Below, piece after piece: positions 60,397 to 64,000 of a stretch of 64,000 nt of DNA. The position numbers and the translations under genes were made by a program. The DNA lies in assembly GCA_030682495.1 (NCBI GenBank), contig JAUXOC010000091.1:2879-66878 (forward strand). Reading direction: 5' to 3'. Under the pieces are notes generated by a model that saw only the letters and a list, made by a program, of their open reading frames with translations, searched no databases and had not been told where the DNA came from. Every line of letters starts with the position of its first letter. The stretch's first letter is position 1. The DNA is from Alphaproteobacteria bacterium. GTDB taxonomy: Bacteria; Pseudomonadota; Alphaproteobacteria; Micavibrionales; UBA2020.

Positions 60397-62333
60397 GTGC
60401 CCCTCCGGCGGCGATACCGCGGCGTCAGGGATATCAGGCCGCCCAGTGCAATCATCGTCGCACCGGCAAACAACAGGGCGATCAGCGGATGGTGATAGAT
60501 ACGCACCACAAATCGTGCGCTATTCTTTTCATCCTGATCGCCCAGAACGACATAGAGCATATCAAGCCCGCGCAGGGAAAGGGCGGCTTCGCTGGTCGCT
60601 TTTTCGCTTTCGGGATACCAGCGTTTTTCCGGCGTCATGAAAAAATACCGTGCCGAAGCGGCCGTGCCGGTGGTGGGGCGAACGCTGAAAACCGCCTTGT
60701 CGCGATTGAAATTCGCGCCAAGGTCGGACGTTGCCGTCAACAGAACAAATTCATAGCCCGCAACGCGTGCGCGGTCGCCCTGTGCCATCCAGCGGATATC
60801 TTCGCTGTCTGCCTGCGTTGCGCCTGCCGCGCCCATTATCAAAAACGCAAATCCCGCATGCGCAATGACCATGCCGTAATAGCGCGCGGGCAGATAGGCA
60901 AGGCCGCGCAGGTTGCCTGCCTTGCGCAGCACATCCTGTCCCAGCGTCAGCAAAATCCAGACCGCAGGGATCATCGCCGCCAGCACAAGCGGCGATGACG
61001 GCAAAGGCGAGAAGATAATCGCAACTGCCGCAACCACCGTCAGCAGCATCGGCGCCAGCAGACGCCGCAGCACAAGATCAGGCCTGCCCGCGCGCCACGC
61101 CATGGCCGGCGCCAGACCCATCAAAAACGCGAAAGGCACCAACATGGGAACAAGCGTCGCCGTGTAATAAGGCGCGCCGACCGACACACTGCCCAGCCCC
61201 AGCGCCGACATAAACAGCGGGTACAGCGTCCCCATAAATACTGTTGCCACGGCGGCAAACAGAAAAACGTTATTGAGCAGCAGAACTGTTTCACGACTGA
61301 ACGGCCGAAACAACGCCGCACCCCGAATATAAGGCGCGCGCAGGGCATAAAGGAACAGCCCGCCGCCCGTGGCCACTGCCAAAAGCACCAGCAGGAAAAC
61401 ACCGCGCGCCGGATCCAGCGCGAAGGCATGCACCGATGTTAAAACGCCGGAGCGCACCAGAAAAGCGCCGAGCAAACAAAGGCTGAAGGTCAGAATCGCC
61501 AGAAAAATCGTCCAGTTTTTCATCGCGCCGCGCTTTTCAAGCACGGAGAGGCAGTGCAAAAGCGCCGTGCCCGACAGCCACGGCAAGAGCGCGGCATTTT
61601 CAACCGGATCCCAGAACCAGAAGCCCCCCCAGCCAAGTTCGTAATAGGCCCAGGCGGAGCCCAGCGCGATGCCGATGGTCAACGACACCCATGCCGCCAG
61701 CACCCACGGGCGCAAAAAAGCCGCCCATATAGCATCGATCTTTTTTTCCAACAGCGCCGCCATGGCAAAACAAAACGCCACGGAAAAACCGACGTATCCG
61801 GCATAGAGAAACGGCGGGTGAATCGCTAGTGCCGGATCTTGCAGAACAGGGTTCAGGCCAAAACCTTCGGGCGGTGCAATCTCCAGCCGCAAAAACGGAT
61901 TGGACGCGCAAAGCACAAAGAGCATAAACCCTATAAGCAGCATGGCCTGAAACGCCAGTGTGCGGGCTTGAAAAGTTTCGGGCAGACGCCATGCCGCTTG
62001 CGCAATCATCGCGCTCCAGAAGGACAGCATCCAGACCCAAAGCAGCATGGAGCCTTCATGATTGCCCCAGGTGCCTGCAATTTTATATAACAGAGGCTTG
62101 AGCGTATGGCTGTTTTCAACCACATTGCGCACCGAAAAATCCGACAGCGCATAAGCATGCATCAACGCCAAAAGGGCGATGGTGCAAAGCCCGAAGCCCG
62201 ACCATGCTGTTTGCCGGCCGAAATGCATCCAGCGTGCACGCCCGTGCGCGGCACCGATCATCGGCACGGCTGCTTGCAAAAACGCCAGCAGAAGCGCAAG
62301 GATCAAGGCAAAATGGCCAAGCTCAATAATCAT
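60393..62333 (-). CDS. ccmF: Cytochrome c heme lyase subunit CcmF
   Basis: Polytopic membrane protein with the WWD motif 'WGGFWFWDPVENAAL'. Start set at ATG 62333 (MIIELGHFAL...) rather than the track start 62540. Confidence 0.93.
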   Translation of the reverse strand: MIIELGHFALILALLLAFLQAAVPMIGAAHGRARWMHFGRQTAWSGFGLCTIALLALMHAYALSDFSVRNVVENSHTLKPLLYKIAGTWGNHEGSMLLWVWMLSFWSAMIAQAAWRLPETFQARTLAFQAMLLIGFMLFVLCASNPFLRLEIAPPEGFGLNPVLQDPALAIHPPFLYAGYVGFSVAFCFAMAALLEKKIDAIWAAFLRPWVLAAWVSLTIGIALGSAWAYYELGWGGFWFWDPVENAALLPWLSGTALLHCLSVLEKRGAMKNWTIFLAILTFSLCLLGAFLVRSGVLTSVHAFALDPARGVFLLVLLAVATGGGLFLYALRAPYIRGAALFRPFSRETVLLLNNVFLFAAVATVFMGTLYPLFMSALGLGSVSVGAPYYTATLVPMLVPFAFLMGLAPAMAWRAGRPDLVLRRLLAPMLLTVVAAVAIIFSPLPSSPLVLAAMIPAVWILLTLGQDVLRKAGNLRGLAYLPARYYGMVIAHAGFAFLIMGAAGATQADSEDIRWMAQGDRARVAGYEFVLLTATSDLGANFNRDKAVFSVRPTTGTAASARYFFMTPEKRWYPESEKATSEAALSLRGLDMLYVVLGDQDEKNSARFVVRIYHHPLIALLFAGATMIALGGLISLTPRYRRRRGT

Positions 62334-62817
62334 CAAAGCCTCCGCCGGTGGCACGTTGCTGCAGGCGCGCCTTGCCTTCTTCGTGTCCCTGTTTGAGCGC
62401 GCGAGCGACTTCGGGCGGCATATAGTTTTCGTCGTGTTTCGCCAGAAGCTCCGCAGCCACAAAATCTCCCGCCGTGTCCAGTGTACCTGTTGCCACAACG
62501 CCTTGCCCTTCGCGGAACAGGTCGGGCAAAATACCGGCATAATGCACCATCAGACGTTCATCGCCATCGGTGACGCTGAAACTGACCTTTGCCTCTTCGC
62601 TGCTTTTGACAACTGACCCTTCTTCGACCAGTCCGCCGATGCGGAAAGAACGGCCCGTAGCAATACGCATATCACCTGCTGCACGCATGGCGGCGACTTC
62701 ACGCGGGCTATAGAAAAACGAAATATTATCGCGCAGCGCATAAAGCGACAGACCCAGCGCGCCGCCCAGTGCCGCAAGGACAAAGATCACGAAATAGAGA
62801 CGCTGTTTCTTTTTCAT
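62323..62817 (-). CDS. ccmE: Heme chaperone CcmE
   Basis: 164 aa. N-terminal anchor, 'FRIGGLV', heme-binding His in 'LAKHDENYMPPE'. Confidence 0.93.
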   Translation of the reverse strand: MKKKQRLYFVIFVLAALGGALGLSLYALRDNISFFYSPREVAAMRAAGDMRIATGRSFRIGGLVEEGSVVKSSEEAKVSFSVTDGDERLMVHYAGILPDLFREGQGVVATGTLDTAGDFVAAELLAKHDENYMPPEVARALKQGHEEGKARLQQRATGGGFDDY

Positions 62818-62978
62818 TCCGGCGCCTTTTTATCAGACGCAAGGCCGGCGTCTTGCAGCGCGCAGCGCGCGGCGCGAAACGACTGCCAGCTCTGCACTAC
62901 CACCAATGCCAGCACAACAAAAGTCACGCCATAGGCAAGGAAAATATATTCGGCATGGGTCAGGTCTGCGATGCTCAT
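62814..62978 (-). CDS. ccmD: Heme exporter protein CcmD (54 aa)
   Basis: Not in the ORF track (under 60 aa). My translation from ATG 62978: [54 protein letters not shown]. Single TM. ATGA overlaps with both the ccmC stop and the ccmE start. Confidence 0.8.
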   Translation of the reverse strand: MSIADLTHAEYIFLAYGVTFVVLALVVVQSWQSFRAARCALQDAGLASDKKAPE

Positions 62979-63703
62979 GCCGCCTCCCCCGCCACCTGCT
63001 GGTGGCGCACGGCCAGACGGCGGCGCATGATTTCGGTTTGCAGACGCAGGCAGACCAGCGCGACAAAAAGCATCTTGAAGGCAAAAGCCATCGTCAAAAG
63101 CGGCCAGAGCATGGTGCTGTCAATCGCGGGCGCGTCAAGCCGCGTCAGGCTGGCAGGCTGATGCAGCGTATTCCACCAATCAACCGAAAATTTGATAACC
63201 GGAATATTGACGAGCCCGACGATCAGCAAAATCGCACCGGCATTAATACCGCGCTGCGGATCGTCAAAGGCATCGACCAGCGCGATATATCCCAGATACA
63301 AAAAGAGCAGCACCAACACCGATGTCATACGCGCATCCCACGCCCACCACGTGCCCCACATCGGCTGACCCCAGAGCGCGCCGGTCACAAGGCAGATCAG
63401 CGTGAAGGCCGCACCGACAGGCGCTGCGGCCTTGGCGTACAGTTCTGCCACCACATGCTTCCAGACAAAGCCTGTGATTGCGGCAATCGCCATGCTGGTA
63501 TAGACAAACAGCGCCATCCATGCCGCAGGCACATGCACGTACATAATACGTACCGTTTCCTGCTGCTGATAATCCGGCGGCGAGGCGGCCAGCGCCAGCC
63601 ACAGCCCCAAGCCAAAACCAAAGGCGCACAAAATAGCGGCCAGCGGCATTACCACACGGGCAAGCGCCAGAAAACGCGTCGGATTGGCAAAACGGCGGAT
63701 CAC
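62975..63703 (-). CDS. ccmC: Heme exporter protein CcmC
   Basis: 242 aa. WWD motif '[17 protein letters not shown]'. GTG start overlapping the ccmB stop. Confidence 0.93.
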   Translation of the reverse strand: MIRRFANPTRFLALARVVMPLAAILCAFGFGLGLWLALAASPPDYQQQETVRIMYVHVPAAWMALFVYTSMAIAAITGFVWKHVVAELYAKAAAPVGAAFTLICLVTGALWGQPMWGTWWAWDARMTSVLVLLFLYLGYIALVDAFDDPQRGINAGAILLIVGLVNIPVIKFSVDWWNTLHQPASLTRLDAPAIDSTMLWPLLTMAFAFKMLFVALVCLRLQTEIMRRRLAVRHQQVAGEAA

Positions 63704-64000
63704 GATGACCTCATATTCGTCGTCAGGCTGACAGCAGCAGCTGCAGGCGCCAATGGTAAGGCCGCCAGAAAGAGCGCCGCCTGCAACAGCAGGTAAGGGC
63801 GCACGGGCATTTCTGCCAGCGCAGCAGCAGCGGCCATACCACCCAGAAGCAGCATCGGCGTATAAAGCGGCAGCACAATCACTACCAGTAAAACGCCGGG
63901 GCGGCGGCTGCCGAGCGTGAGCGCCGCGCCCAGCCCGCCCAGCAGGCTGAGATATAACGTGCCGAACAGCAAAGACAAGAGTAAAACGGGCAGAGCAGCC
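63700..64000 (-). CDS. ccmB: Heme exporter protein CcmB, C-terminal part (truncated by window edge)
   Basis: Minus frame appears open to the window end (inferred from the track ORF, not translated beyond 63978). The hydrophobic C-terminus '[34 protein letters not shown]' and the position upstream of ccmC fit CcmB. The track's Met at 63978 is an internal codon. Confidence 0.8.
   Translation of the reverse strand, partial: AALPVLLLSLLFGTLYLSLLGGLGAALTLGSRRPGVLLVVIVLPLYTPMLLLGGMAAAAALAEMPVRPYLLLQAALFLAALPLAPAAAAVSLTTNMRSS

Noticed and set aside
62833-63084. 83-aa ORF listed in the track between ccmE and ccmC
   Set aside because: It is in the wrong frame and overlaps ccmC, and its translation is Cys/Arg-rich junk. 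The real gene in this gap is the 54-aa ccmD in another frame (62814-62978).

Overview
GC-rich chromosomal segment with alphaproteobacterial gene content and synteny. All calls come from reading the translations and the DNA; no homology search was run.

Layout, left to right:
- addA (5' part) and addB on the minus strand.
- sdhCDAB.
- Two unknown minus-strand paralogs.
- A purine nucleoside phosphorylase translationally coupled to two AmpD/AmiD-like amidases.
- RNase P RNA (rnpB).
- Six tandem paralogous small ORFs of an unrecognised family.
- A 149-nt inverted-repeat element.
- A complete dcw cluster that lacks mraZ: rsmH-ftsL-ftsI-murE-murF-mraY-murD-ftsW-murG-murC-murB-ddl-ftsQ-ftsA-ftsZ.
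- lpxC-bamD-recN-ligA.
- On the minus strand: two alpha/beta hydrolases, the three-subunit transhydrogenase pntAA-pntAB-pntB, an ABC1/UbiB-type kinase, three M3 oligoendopeptidase paralogs with a PAS-GGDEF cyclase among them, and a contiguous ccmBCDEFGHI cluster. ccmD is under 60 aa and absent from the ORF track; ccmB is truncated by the window edge.
- Two plus-strand insertions in that block: a pair of unrecognised HExxH proteins, and a COQ9-like gene coupled to another HExxH protein.

No CRISPR array, rRNA, tRNA, transposase or recognisable defence genes were seen.

The best candidate for something undescribed is the six-gene array at 12611-14917. It sits exactly where mraZ normally lies, and its last stop codon falls inside a perfect 20-bp terminal inverted repeat.

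A second theme is pervasive local tandem duplication: six loci and 17 genes.

Many long ORFs in the supplied track are antisense shadow frames of real genes and were rejected.
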